A DNA stretch of 64,000 bases from an uncultured delta proteobacterium (GTDB taxonomy: Bacteria; Myxococcota; Kuafuiibacteriia; Kuafuiibacteriales; Kuafuiibacteriaceae): assembly GCA_963803435.1 (NCBI GenBank), contig CAWDML010000002.1, positions 32,001-96,000 of the forward strand. The letters run 5' to 3'. Each line of letters opens with the position of its first letter. Within the stretch, counting starts at the first letter, position 1. Below, in pieces: positions 10,373-19,782 of the stretch. The notes under the pieces were generated by a model. The model had not been told where the DNA came from and did no database searches. It worked only from the letters and a program-made list of their open reading frames with translations. Both the position numbers and the translations under genes were made by a program.

Positions 10373-12066
10373 TGCAGTCTCCCGTACGCCGGCTGGGACA
10401 CGATCTCTTTGACCAGCGTCCGCAGGTTGTAGCCGTCCTCGACGAACTTGCTCTGGATGCCGGGCAGCACCGCGGCCTCCTCCTCGGCGGTCGGGTCACG
10501 CCGCATGAAGTACGTCCACATCTTCCGCGTGGTGCACGAGGCGAAGCGGCCGCTCGAGACCGACTCCTCGGCGAGGTGCCGCGGCCCCTGATCGATGTAG
10601 CTGCGCTGCTCCTCCGTGCGGAACACGTACGCGTTCAGCAGCCCCTGGTACGGGATCTCCTCGCCCACCGGATCCAGCTCGTAGAGCCGGAAGCAGCGGA
10701 AGAGCTGGGTCACGTCCGACAGCGGTGGCACGCAGCTCGATCCGATCCGCGTGGGGAACTCGTTCTCGTCGAGATACGCGAACCCGTACTCCGAGAAGCG
10801 GCCCCAGTGCGCCGCCATCGGCTCGAGCGCCTGGTGGCACGCGTTGCAGCCGCAGCGCTGCGTCAGGTCCTCGTGCTGCGAGCAGGCCTCGAAGGGCGAG
10901 GGCAGCGGTCCGTTGGGGATGAACGAGCTGCACTCGAACGCGTTGTAGTACCGGTGCGCCCGTCCGCGGTTCGTGGTGAAGCGGAGCAGGTAGCCGGGCG
11001 CGGTCAGCACGCCCGAGTGACGGCCGCTGCGCGCCGCCGGGGTCCACGACTTGTCCGTGAACGGGATGTTCGGCACGGGCATGGTGGCCGGATCGACCTG
11101 GTTGAAGAGATCGAAGCTCAGGCCCACCTGGTTCCTCAGGTAGTGAGAGACCGGTCCGTTGTACTCGATCATCGGATCCGTCAGCACCTCGTGGTAGGGC
11201 CGATCGCTCCCGACGGTCCGATCGACGATGCGACCCATCTGCTCGAGCAGCGCGTTCCGTACCTCCTGGCGCACCTCGTAGGTGGAGCAGTACTGGAGGT
11301 TCTCACCGCAGCCGCAGCCGGGCGCGAAGAGCGCGAGCGGTCCGTTGCAGGAGACCTCGGCCCCGCTGAAGGGCGCCTGCGCGTAGTCCGCGTAGGCCTG
11401 GATCTGCTGGCAGCTCGGGTCGAGGAACGGGTAGCGCTCGGCCGGGCCGGGACAGGCCACCGCCGAGGCGGCGGGCTGCGCGTCGAGGCCGCACACCTTG
11501 ATCTGCGTGCCGGGCGCCCAGTACGGCTCCACCAGCACGTAGCCCTCCTGGTACGCGATCACCTCGTTGCCCATCATGACGGGCTCGACGATCACGTTCC
11601 CCTGCGCGTCGAACTGGGCCGGCTCGTTCTTGCAGGGCAGGTAGAGGTCGGTCCCGTTGGGCGCCGCCCGCACCAGCACCGCGCGCAGATACGACAGGTA
11701 GATCACGTCCTCCGGCGCCGGCCCGACCGGGTACGGGTAGAGCATGTTCGTCTCGGGGATGATCTCGACCTGGTCGAGGTTCGGCCAGAGGAGCGAGTCG
11801 TGATAGCGCCGGATCACCTTCAGGAACTCGGGCGACTCGATGTACTGATCGATCTTCGACTCGGGCACCGCGGCGACGCCCTTCTGAGCCTCGATCTCGG
11901 CCGTGCTCGGCACGCGGTTTCTCAGGTCGAGGGAGAGGCGCCGGAGCAGCTGGTTGCCCTCCATCTTCGTCGTGGTCGAGCAGACCTCCTGAGCGGAGAC
12001 CCTCGCCGAGAAGAAGAGGGCGCCGATCGCGATCAGCGTCGTGGTGGTGTGTCTCTTCAAGTTCAT
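10369..12066 (-). CDS. DUF1549/DUF1588/DUF1585-type Cys-rich protein with CxxCH heme motif
   Basis: Signal peptide; LRRLSLDLRNRVP; SGVLTAPGYL; TNRGRA; CNACH; C-terminal YNLRTLVKEIVSQPAY. Confidence 0.8.
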   Translation of the reverse strand: MNLKRHTTTTLIAIGALFFSARVSAQEVCSTTTKMEGNQLLRRLSLDLRNRVPSTAEIEAQKGVAAVPESKIDQYIESPEFLKVIRRYHDSLLWPNLDQVEIIPETNMLYPYPVGPAPEDVIYLSYLRAVLVRAAPNGTDLYLPCKNEPAQFDAQGNVIVEPVMMGNEVIAYQEGYVLVEPYWAPGTQIKVCGLDAQPAASAVACPGPAERYPFLDPSCQQIQAYADYAQAPFSGAEVSCNGPLALFAPGCGCGENLQYCSTYEVRQEVRNALLEQMGRIVDRTVGSDRPYHEVLTDPMIEYNGPVSHYLRNQVGLSFDLFNQVDPATMPVPNIPFTDKSWTPAARSGRHSGVLTAPGYLLRFTTNRGRAHRYYNAFECSSFIPNGPLPSPFEACSQHEDLTQRCGCNACHQALEPMAAHWGRFSEYGFAYLDENEFPTRIGSSCVPPLSDVTQLFRCFRLYELDPVGEEIPYQGLLNAYVFRTEEQRSYIDQGPRHLAEESVSSGRFASCTTRKMWTYFMRRDPTAEEEAAVLPGIQSKFVEDGYNLRTLVKEIVSQPAYGRLQ

Positions 12067-12077
12067 CTCTCTTCCCC

Positions 12078-13343
12078 TCACTCGGGCATCCCGTCGCGGA
12101 TCCACTGCTCGAGCACGGCATAGTCTTCGGGCGGGAGCCTCTGCTCGCTGGGACAGCGGAGGCCGCCCTCGCAGCGCGGCATGTCGCCGGCGCGCACGCG
12201 GGCGAGCGCCGCCTCGGCGACCTCCACGAACACGTCGTAGTCCTCGAAGTTCTGGGTCTGGTTCCGGTGGCACATGGAGCACCGCTCCTGGATCCAGGGG
12301 AGGACGTCCGCGGAGTAGGTCACGCCCTCCCCGCCGAGCGAGGTGGTGTTGCGCGACAGCGCCTCGCCCGCGGCGACCCAGACGTCCCCGAAGGCGTCGA
12401 TGGTCAGGAGCGACATCTCACCGGCCGCCGCCATCGGGAATGCGGTGAGCGCCGCGCCCTCGAGCATGACCAGCGCGTCGTCGGTGCGGGCCCACAGCAC
12501 GTCCTTCGGACCGTCGATCGCGAGCGCGCGCACGCTCACGGGTGCGCCGCCGGTCACCAGCGTGTACTGGGTCCAGCGAGGCGTGGCCGCCGGGTTGAAC
12601 GCGAAGATCCCGTTCTCCGCGCCGAGGTAGATCGTGTCACTGCCGGCCGCGATCGCGCGGATCGCGCCGGTCGTCAGCGGCGGTCGATCGACGAGGATCT
12701 GGTCTTGATCCGGCTCGAGCGTCGCGATCGAGCCGTCGATCACCGCCACCCCGAACGCGCCGGACTGTGCGATCGCGACGTGCGTGACCGGACCCCTGAG
12801 CCCGTCGATCCCGTACTGCAGGACCTGGTCGGCGCTGCGACGATAGAGCCCGCCGTCGCTGGCGAGCCAGAGACCGGCCAGCTCGCCCGTCGCCACCTCG
12901 ACGGCGTCGTTGATCGCGCCGGCGTCCGGGAGCAGCGGGACCTTGTAGGTGTAGAGCGTGTCGAGGCCGAAGAGGCCGGCCTCCGCGCCGATCCAGGCGC
13001 CGCCGCCGGCGCGCGGCGCGATCCGGTGGACCGCGCCCATCGCCTCCGGATCGCCGGCGCCGACGTAGAGTGTCCGCGGCACGAACACTCCGCCGGCGAG
13101 CTCGTGGAGCTGGCCTGCGAAGACGGCGAGCAGGTGCCCTTCGCCCGACACTCCGATCGCCTCGACCGCGCCCTCGGCGGTGAGCGACTCGGAGGCCGCA
13201 AAGGTCCCGCTGCCGCCGGCGTCATTGACGACGACGAGCTCGGCCTGAGGGCCGCCGGGTGGTGGAGTTTCGCCACCGCCGCACCCGATTCCGAGCACGA
13301 GCGCGAGCGAGGCCATCGAGAGACTGGAAAGGACTGGATTCAT
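12078..13343 (-). CDS. lipoprotein with beta-propeller and C-terminal c-type cytochrome domain
   Basis: Lipobox GIGC; repeated WIG/WLA..GL blades; CSMCH heme motif, MP, and WIRDG ending. Confidence 0.75.
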   Translation of the reverse strand: MNPVLSSLSMASLALVLGIGCGGGETPPPGGPQAELVVVNDAGGSGTFAASESLTAEGAVEAIGVSGEGHLLAVFAGQLHELAGGVFVPRTLYVGAGDPEAMGAVHRIAPRAGGGAWIGAEAGLFGLDTLYTYKVPLLPDAGAINDAVEVATGELAGLWLASDGGLYRRSADQVLQYGIDGLRGPVTHVAIAQSGAFGVAVIDGSIATLEPDQDQILVDRPPLTTGAIRAIAAGSDTIYLGAENGIFAFNPAATPRWTQYTLVTGGAPVSVRALAIDGPKDVLWARTDDALVMLEGAALTAFPMAAAGEMSLLTIDAFGDVWVAAGEALSRNTTSLGGEGVTYSADVLPWIQERCSMCHRNQTQNFEDYDVFVEVAEAALARVRAGDMPRCEGGLRCPSEQRLPPEDYAVLEQWIRDGMPE

Positions 13344-13451
13344 GCACCCCTCCGCATGCCCGGACATCGACCGAGCTGGGCCCGGCCGGCGGCAAAGAAA
13401 TCTTCCGACAGGGGGGAGGTGTGAGGGTAAGGCAGGGTGTGCGCCCGCCGG

Positions 13452-15354
13452 TCAGCGCCGCCGTGCTGCGATCAGGAGGCCCAAAGCCACCAGGAAGAGC
13501 GCCCCACCGGCAGGGCCGCCCGTGGCGGTGCAGCCGGAGCGCCTCGAGGACGACGGATCGGGATCGTCGTACAGCTGCCCGCCGTCCTCGCCGTTCATCG
13601 GATCCATTCCGGGATCGACGGTCTTCTCCGCGCACTCCACCCGGGCGGTGACCGGAGCATCGAAGGTCGTCCCGAACCGGTCCGTGAAGGTGAGGGTCAG
13701 CGGCGCGTCGAAGGGCGTGCAGTCTGCGGGCGCCTTCACGCGCAGGGCGTCCGTGAGCTCCAGGGACTCTCCGCTCGGGAGCGTTCCGATGGCCGCCTCG
13801 CCGCTCACCACCTCGAGGCCGCCGGCGTCGGCGATCCGGACACCGAGCCCGTAGCCGGCGCCGCGTCCCATGTTCATCAGCGACAGTGTGAGGCCGGCCT
13901 CCTCGCCGGGGTCGAGCCTCCCGTCGCCGCTCGTCTCGATCAGCGTGGCGCCGGCGACCAGCTCGACCGGCGCCAGCTGGGACGCCCGCGCCAGCGCGCC
14001 GTACAGGTCGATGCGCCCGCCGGTGCGAACGCAGCGGGCGGTCACGGCGCAGTCCATGGAGGCGATCGGCTCGACGCCTTCGTCGAGGGCTCGGGTCACC
14101 TCGAGGTTGCTGAGCGCGGGGAACGCGGACCAGACGAGCGCGGCGGCGCCGGCGGCGAACCCAGCGGAGAAGCTGGCGCCGGTGCCGATGGCATACTCGT
14201 TAGGGCCGTAGATCGCGGTGGAGACGACGTCGGTGCCCGGGGCCGCCATGTCGACTGTGCTGGCGCCCCAGTTCGCGCTCACGTGAAGCGTGTCCTGGTT
14301 CGTACTGTTGGCGACCACCACCGCGGCGTCGACCGCATACTGGTTCGGGTAGCGGTGCTCGGCGTCGTCGTTGGCGCCGCCGTTGCCGCCGGAGCTCACC
14401 ATCAACAGGCCGGCACGGTCGGCCTCCTGGAGTGCCGCCTCGAAGTTGCCGCTGTAGCTGCTGCTGCTGAACGACATGCTGATCACGTTGGCGCCGTTGT
14501 CGATGGCGTACATGATCGATTCGACGCTTCGCGTGGTGGTGGACTGGCACGTCGAATCGCGGTGCTTCTTGACGTTCATCAGCGAGACCTTCCAGCTCAC
14601 GCCGGCGACTCCGGTACCGTTGTCGCCGCGGGCCCCGGCCAGCCCCGCGATCATGGTCGCGTGCCACTTGAGGCAGTCGCTGCCGTCGTCCTTGAGCTCG
14701 GGCAGCGTGAGCGGGCTCGGATCGTTGTCGTCGTCCGCGAAGTCGAAGCCCCGGCAGTCGTCCACGTAGCCGTTGCCATCGTCGTCGATGCCGTTGGTGC
14801 AGTCCTCGTCCTCGTTCTTCCAGAATCTGGTCGACGAGATCGACGTGCTCCGGGAAGAGGCCGACGTCGGAGATCATGATCACCAGGCTCTGGTCGCCGG
14901 TCGTGACGTCCCAGGCGTCGACCGATCCCATGTCGGCCCCCGGCACGCCGTCGACACCGTTGATCCGCTGGCCGTTGTTCTGGTGGTACCACTGCAGGGG
15001 ATCGAGATCGTTCGGCACCGCCTCCTCGTCCTCGATCCAGCTGGCGTCCACCCAGCGGATCGCGTCGATCTTCTCGAAGTCCGCGATCAGCCGTTCCATC
15101 GCCTTCGACTTGCCGCACTCGAGCACGTACACCGGGCGCCGTCCGAAGCGGCGCGTCTGCCGACATCCGAGGGCTGCGGCCTCGCCGAGGACGATCGACT
15201 CGTGGTCGAGGGAGCGCGCCCGCACCAGGACCTCGCCGGGGAGGTAGCGCCCGCCGTGGGCGATGTTGTCCCGGAAGGTCTCGAGGGGGGTCCGATCGCG
15301 CATGAGATCGGGGGTGGCGACCAGGGCGAGCGCAATCAGGACGGCGGGGGGCAT
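13452..15354 (-). CDS. S8 subtilisin-like serine peptidase with MYXO-CTERM (frameshift at ~14824, probably a sequencing error)
   Basis: Prodomain PGEVLV; ISDVG (Asp), WHATMIAG (His), GASFS (Ser); DDDGNGYVDD; C-terminal SGCTATG...LALGLL..RRR sorting signal. Confidence 0.88.
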
Positions 15355-15405
15355 GGGCGCTCCCATACCCAAAGCCACCGGCGATCCAAAGCCAAAAGGA
15401 ATGGA

Positions 15406-15432
15406 TTGACCCGATATATCGAAAGATATATC
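15406..15432 (+). promoter_or_regulatory. putative promoter and PadR operator
   Basis: TTGACC (-35-like) followed by two palindromic GATATATC copies (15413-15420, 15425-15432) just upstream of the PadR gene. Confidence 0.6.
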
Positions 15433-15444
15433 TAGCCGACATCG

Positions 15445-15978
15445 ATGCACCGGCTGAAGCGACGCCTCCGGCAGCTCGCCGACGGGCCCATCTCGGGGTC
15501 CCGCTTCTTCGGCTCCGGTGAGCTGAGGCTCGCGATCCTCTCTCTGCTGGCCGATGCGCCCGGCCACGGCTACCAGCTGATGACGCGCCTGGAGGATCGG
15601 TGCGGCGGCGCCTATCGGGCGAGCGCCGGGACGATCTATCCGTCCCTCCAGCAGCTCGAGGATCAGGATCTGGTGCGCTCCGAGCCGCTCGCCCTGAAGA
15701 AGGTCTATCAGATCACGAAGAAGGGGAGTGACGAGCTCCTGGCCAACGCCGACACGGTCGATGAGATCTGGCGCCGCGCCGACGAGTGGAGCGAGTGGGG
15801 TGTGCTCCGCGATCCCGACGCCGCCGAGGTCGTGGGGCCGGCGATGCGGCTGGCCAAGGCCGCACTCAAGGCGGTGATCAAGTCGCGGGGCGATCCACAG
15901 GTGGTCGAGTCGATCCGAGAGATCCTGGAAGATGCGCGCACGCGCATCGAGCGGGCCGCGAGGAAGGGCAAGAGATGA
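15445..15978 (+). CDS. PadR-family transcriptional regulator (YqjI-like)
   Basis: GELRLAILSLL..P.HGYQLM...SAGTIYPSLQQLED...KKVYQIT. Confidence 0.92.
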   Translation: MHRLKRRLRQLADGPISGSRFFGSGELRLAILSLLADAPGHGYQLMTRLEDRCGGAYRASAGTIYPSLQQLEDQDLVRSEPLALKKVYQITKKGSDELLANADTVDEIWRRADEWSEWGVLRDPDAAEVVGPAMRLAKAALKAVIKSRGDPQVVESIREILEDARTRIERAARKGKR

Positions 15979-16259
15979 ACGACTGCAAGGAGGCGGGACG
16001 CTTGCGGCCCGTGATCGATCCGAATCGGTGCGAAGGCAAGGCGGCTTGCGTTCGAGTCTGTCCCTACGGTGTGTTCGAGCTGGGGAAGCTCGGAGAGGCC
16101 GAGCGCAAGCAGCTCACGCTCGCCGGACGGATCAAGGGCTTCTTCCACGGGTACGAGCAGGCCTTCGCGGTGAAGGCCGACGAATGCCACGGATGCGGGC
16201 TGTGCGTGCCCGCGTGTCCGGAGAAGGCGATCACGCTGGTGGGAGGAGACGGCCGGTAG
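15975..16259 (+). CDS. dicluster ferredoxin
   Basis: CEGKAACVRVCP and CHGCGLCVPACP; ATGA overlap with the PadR gene. Confidence 0.88.
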   Translation: MNDCKEAGRLRPVIDPNRCEGKAACVRVCPYGVFELGKLGEAERKQLTLAGRIKGFFHGYEQAFAVKADECHGCGLCVPACPEKAITLVGGDGR

Positions 16260-16261
16260 CA

Positions 16262-16621
16262 CTACAGCTGGAGCGCGCCGTAGATCGCGACGAAGACCAG
16301 CCCGATCGCGGAGAAGATGGCGGCCATCCGGGCGTTCTTCATGGTCAGGCAGAGCGCGGTGCTGATCAGCGTGAGCGCGCCCCAGACCAGCACCAGCACC
16401 GCCCAGGAGCGCGGCCGCACCTCGGCGAGGAGGTAGCCGAGCCCGAGCAGCCAGACCGTGGCGACGAGCCCGAGCGTGATCGGATCGGTGGTGAGGGGCG
16501 CCGCCGGGCCCTTTGGTTCGGGCGGCGTCTCGACGGCGATGAGCGACTCTCGCCGGCAGAGGTTGCAGTACTGGGCGTCCGACTCGTACTCGGTCCCGCA
16601 GAGCTCGCAGACCTTGATCAA
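16262..16621 (-). CDS. small membrane protein with N-terminal Zn ribbon
   Basis: CELC...CNLC followed by three TM helices; TTG start inferred. Confidence 0.6.
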   Translation of the reverse strand: MIKVCELCGTEYESDAQYCNLCRRESLIAVETPPEPKGPAAPLTTDPITLGLVATVWLLGLGYLLAEVRPRSWAVLVLVWGALTLISTALCLTMKNARMAAIFSAIGLVFVAIYGALQL

Positions 16622-16625
16622 GCGA

Positions 16626-17495
16626 TCAACGATAGCATGGTACGCGCGACGGTAGGTCCGAGTCCCCGAGCTCCTCCGCGAGCGCCGCCACGGCTGCGCG
16701 GTCGGCGCCCTTGTACTCGAGGTCGGCCGTTTGCTCTTGGAGCGGGACGTCGAGGCGCAGCGTCGCGAGCGTGCGGAACAGCGGGGTGAGCGCGCGATGC
16801 TCCCTGAGCGACGCGGCCAGCGACGGTGCGCCCCGGATCGCGACGGACCACTCGCGTTCGTCGTCCGGGATCCGATCCACCCGGCCGTACACCGAGAGCA
16901 GCGCCGACGCGCTCTTCTTCCCCCACTTCGGTACGCCGGGAATGCCGTCGGCGTCATCTCCGACCAGGGCCAGCCAGTCGGGGATCGACGCCGGCGACAC
17001 GCCGAACTTCTCCTCGACGCCGCGCTCGTCGTGGACCTTCTTGCGCAGCCAATCGACCAGCACCACCCGATCGCCCGTGACGCACTGGGCGAGGTCCTTG
17101 TCCGGCGAGCAGATGCAGACCTGCTCGACGTCCCGATCGGCGGCGGCGCGGGCCGCAAAGGTGGCGAGCGCGTCGTCAGCCTCGAACTCGACCATTGACC
17201 AGACGACGAACCCGAGCGTGGCGGTGACCTTCTCGGCGAGCTCGAACTGATCCCAGAGGGCGGGCTCGATGCCGGCGCCGGTCTTGTAGCCGTCCCACAG
17301 GTCGTTCCGGAAGGACTCGATCACGTGATCGTAGGCGACGCCCACGTGCGTGGCGCCGTCGGCGAGCAACCGGAGGAGCGAGCGGGCGAGCGTCCGGGCG
17401 GCGCCCACCTCACGACCGCTCGGGCTCTTCATGCTGGGCGCGCCGTAATAGGCGCGGAACAGCTCGAAGGTCCCGTCGACCAGATGGACCTTCAC
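16626..17495 (-). CDS. 5'-3' exonuclease / flap endonuclease (PolI N-terminal-like)
   Basis: VHLVDGT.ELFRAYY, EADD, SPDKDL, H3TH motif LVGDDADGIPGV. Confidence 0.92.
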   Translation of the reverse strand: MKVHLVDGTFELFRAYYGAPSMKSPSGREVGAARTLARSLLRLLADGATHVGVAYDHVIESFRNDLWDGYKTGAGIEPALWDQFELAEKVTATLGFVVWSMVEFEADDALATFAARAAADRDVEQVCICSPDKDLAQCVTGDRVVLVDWLRKKVHDERGVEEKFGVSPASIPDWLALVGDDADGIPGVPKWGKKSASALLSVYGRVDRIPDDEREWSVAIRGAPSLAASLREHRALTPLFRTLATLRLDVPLQEQTADLEYKGADRAAVAALAEELGDSDLPSRVPCYR

Positions 17496-18236
17496 TGGAG
17501 CCACTCTGCAATCTGGCTTGCGACCCAGGAAGGATCGTCCGTCGGCAGGTCGTGTCCGGCGCTCGGATGAACGCGGAGCTCGGCCGCGAAGCGCTCGGCC
17601 AGCCGCCGCGAGCAGCTCGGGTCCGTGAAGCGGTCGCCCTCGGACCCCAGGATCAAGGCCGGGACGGGGAGGACCGGCGGCGCCCGGAAGCGCACGGCCG
17701 CGAGCAGCTGCGCCACCGTGACCCGGCGGCGCGGCCGAGCGTCCGCGAGATAACCGGCCCACTCGCAGGCCAGCGCACGATCCTCGCCGTGCGTCGCGGT
17801 GGTGAGCGCGAGGATGCCGAGCTCGCGCTCGACCGGATCGCGCGAGGTGACGCTCCTCAGCAGCCGCGGGAGGTTCCCAAGCCGGAGTCGATGGTGCACC
17901 GGAGAGAGATCGCCGGCGCTCGAGTTGATGATGACGACGCGCGAGAAGTCGCTGGGGAAGCGGTGGACCCAGTCGGTCGCCAGCATGCCGCCGAGCGAGA
18001 ATCCCGAGCAGCCCCCAGGGCCCCCCGCTGCGCGGCCAGCGGGCGCGCACGTGATCGACAATCGTCTCCACCGTGAGCGGGGACAGCTGACCCGCCTCGG
18101 TGCCGACGCCAGGGAGATCGACGGCGACCGCGCGTGCGCCGGGGAGCGCGCCCTCGAGGATCTCGGGGAACCGTCCCCAGTGGCGTCGTTCGCGGGTGAG
18201 GCCGCGGAGCAGGAGCCAGCGCACGACCGTCCGCAT
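17492..18236 (-). CDS. alpha/beta hydrolase (frameshift at ~18001, probably a sequencing error)
   Basis: WLLLRGLTRE..HWG, DLPG, nucleophile G(I)SLGGM spanning the frameshift, C-terminal AGHDL. Confidence 0.85.
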
Positions 18237-18268
18237 ACCACCGATGGTCCGGCGGTTGACCGATGTTG

Positions 18269-18292
18269 AATTAATCGATCGATTGATTAATT
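18269..18292. promoter_or_regulatory. TetR-type operator palindrome in divergent promoter
   Basis: AATTAATCGATCGATTGATTAATT, 22/24 self-complementary, AT-rich, between the hydrolase and TetR genes. Confidence 0.7.
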
Positions 18293-18304
18293 ATAGGCGG
18301 CGCG

Positions 18305-18925
18305 ATGGCGAGACCGGCCCATGCGGATGCAGCGGCGACCCAGACCCGGATCCTCGAGGGGGCGATGCGGATGTTCGGCGAGGAGGGGACGGGCAACGTC
18401 TCGATCCGGCGCATCGCGGCCTCGGCCGGGGTCAGCCTGGCGACCGTCCACCACTACTTCGGCAGCAAGGAGCAGCTCTACGACGCCTGCATCCGCTCGA
18501 TGTACGTGGAGCTCGAGGACCTGCGCGGCGACCTCACGCAGGCGCTGGCGAGCTCGCCCGGTCCCGCCGCGCTGGTGAGCGAGACGGTCCGCGCCGCGTT
18601 CCGCTTCGCCTGGGAGCACCGGGGCGCGCTCCGATTGCTGATGCGGACGATCATCGACGCCGGCCACCTGGATCCCGAGCACCGCGCCGCGGTGCACCTC
18701 CCGTTCCTCGCGGAGGCGGCGAAGCTGCTTGGGCGTGCCTTCCATCGACCGCGCGCCGAGGTCCGGCTCACCGTTCAGTCGATGATGCACCTGGTCGTGC
18801 GCTACGCGCTCACCGGTGCGGACGAGCTGGCGCTCTTGGCCGCCACCGAAGACGAGCCTGCGGCGCTGGTGGCGATCGAGGATCACCTCGTTCGCGTGGC
18901 GCTGCGCTTGCTCGAGGGAGAATGA
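18305..18925 (+). CDS. TetR/AcrR-family transcriptional regulator
   Basis: RILEGAMRMFGEEG...SIRRIAASAGVSLATVHHYFGSKEQLY helix-turn-helix. Confidence 0.93.
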   Translation: MARPAHADAAATQTRILEGAMRMFGEEGTGNVSIRRIAASAGVSLATVHHYFGSKEQLYDACIRSMYVELEDLRGDLTQALASSPGPAALVSETVRAAFRFAWEHRGALRLLMRTIIDAGHLDPEHRAAVHLPFLAEAAKLLGRAFHRPRAEVRLTVQSMMHLVVRYALTGADELALLAATEDEPAALVAIEDHLVRVALRLLEGE

Positions 18926-18929
18926 CACG

Positions 18930-19751
18930 ATGGACCTCAGCACCAAGTTCCGGCTCGGGCCCGAGATCACCCGGGACCAGCAGGCGTTCCTCCGCGCGTA
19001 CGGCTTCCTTCACTTTCGTGGCGTCGCCAGCTCGGAGGAGGTAGCGATGCTCCGCGACGAGCGCGATCGACTGGAGCGGAAGTGGCTCGACGACGGCGCC
19101 ACCAGCATCAACGGCATCCCGCTGTTCTTCGGCAGAGGCGCCGACGGCGAGCGGATCCTCCAGCGGATCCCGTTCACGTCCCGCTACTCGGAGAAGATCA
19201 GTCGCTTCGTCCGCGACCCTCGATTCGAGCCGGTGCGCCGCCTGATCGGAGAGGACGCGCGCGTCGGCGAGATGGAGAAGGACGGGGTCGTCATCAATCG
19301 ATACGTCAACCTCCCGGGCAACTTCTATCGGGGGCTCGGGTGGCACACCGACGGCCTCCGCGATCTCTTCTACCTCCGGATGCCCCAGCAGATGCTCAAC
19401 GTCGGTATCCATTTGGATCGCATCACCGAGGCCGAGGGCGGCCTTCGGCTCATCCCGGGGAGCCACACGCAGGGCTTCTGGTCCATGTGCTTCCGCAAGG
19501 CCTACTTCGTCAGCCATCGGGAGGACCCATCGGAGGTCACGGTCGAGACCGAGCCCGGCGACCTCACCGTGCACGACGGGCGTCTTTGGCACCGGGTAGC
19601 CCGCTCCAGCGCGGTGGGCCCTGAGAGCGTGCGACGGACGATGTTCGTGCCGTACCTCACGGGCCCTTACGAACCCAAGCACGCCGAGAGCCGCACGCCC
19701 GCCTACCATCACCTCGGGCGGATGGTGCGGCAACTGGTCCAGCGGCGGTGA
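18930..19751 (+). CDS. PhyH-family Fe(II)/2-oxoglutarate dioxygenase
   Basis: WHTD, GGLRLIPGSH, PGDLTVHDGRLWH...R motifs. Confidence 0.9.
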   Translation: MDLSTKFRLGPEITRDQQAFLRAYGFLHFRGVASSEEVAMLRDERDRLERKWLDDGATSINGIPLFFGRGADGERILQRIPFTSRYSEKISRFVRDPRFEPVRRLIGEDARVGEMEKDGVVINRYVNLPGNFYRGLGWHTDGLRDLFYLRMPQQMLNVGIHLDRITEAEGGLRLIPGSHTQGFWSMCFRKAYFVSHREDPSEVTVETEPGDLTVHDGRLWHRVARSSAVGPESVRRTMFVPYLTGPYEPKHAESRTPAYHHLGRMVRQLVQRR

Positions 19752-19782
19752 TCCCAGTCCGGTGCGATGGTATGGGATCGGA

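Noticed and set aside
16626-18236. Apparent hydrolase-exonuclease fusion ORF
   Set aside because: Produced by the +1 indel at ~18001; these are two separate genes with a GTGA overlap at 17492-17495.
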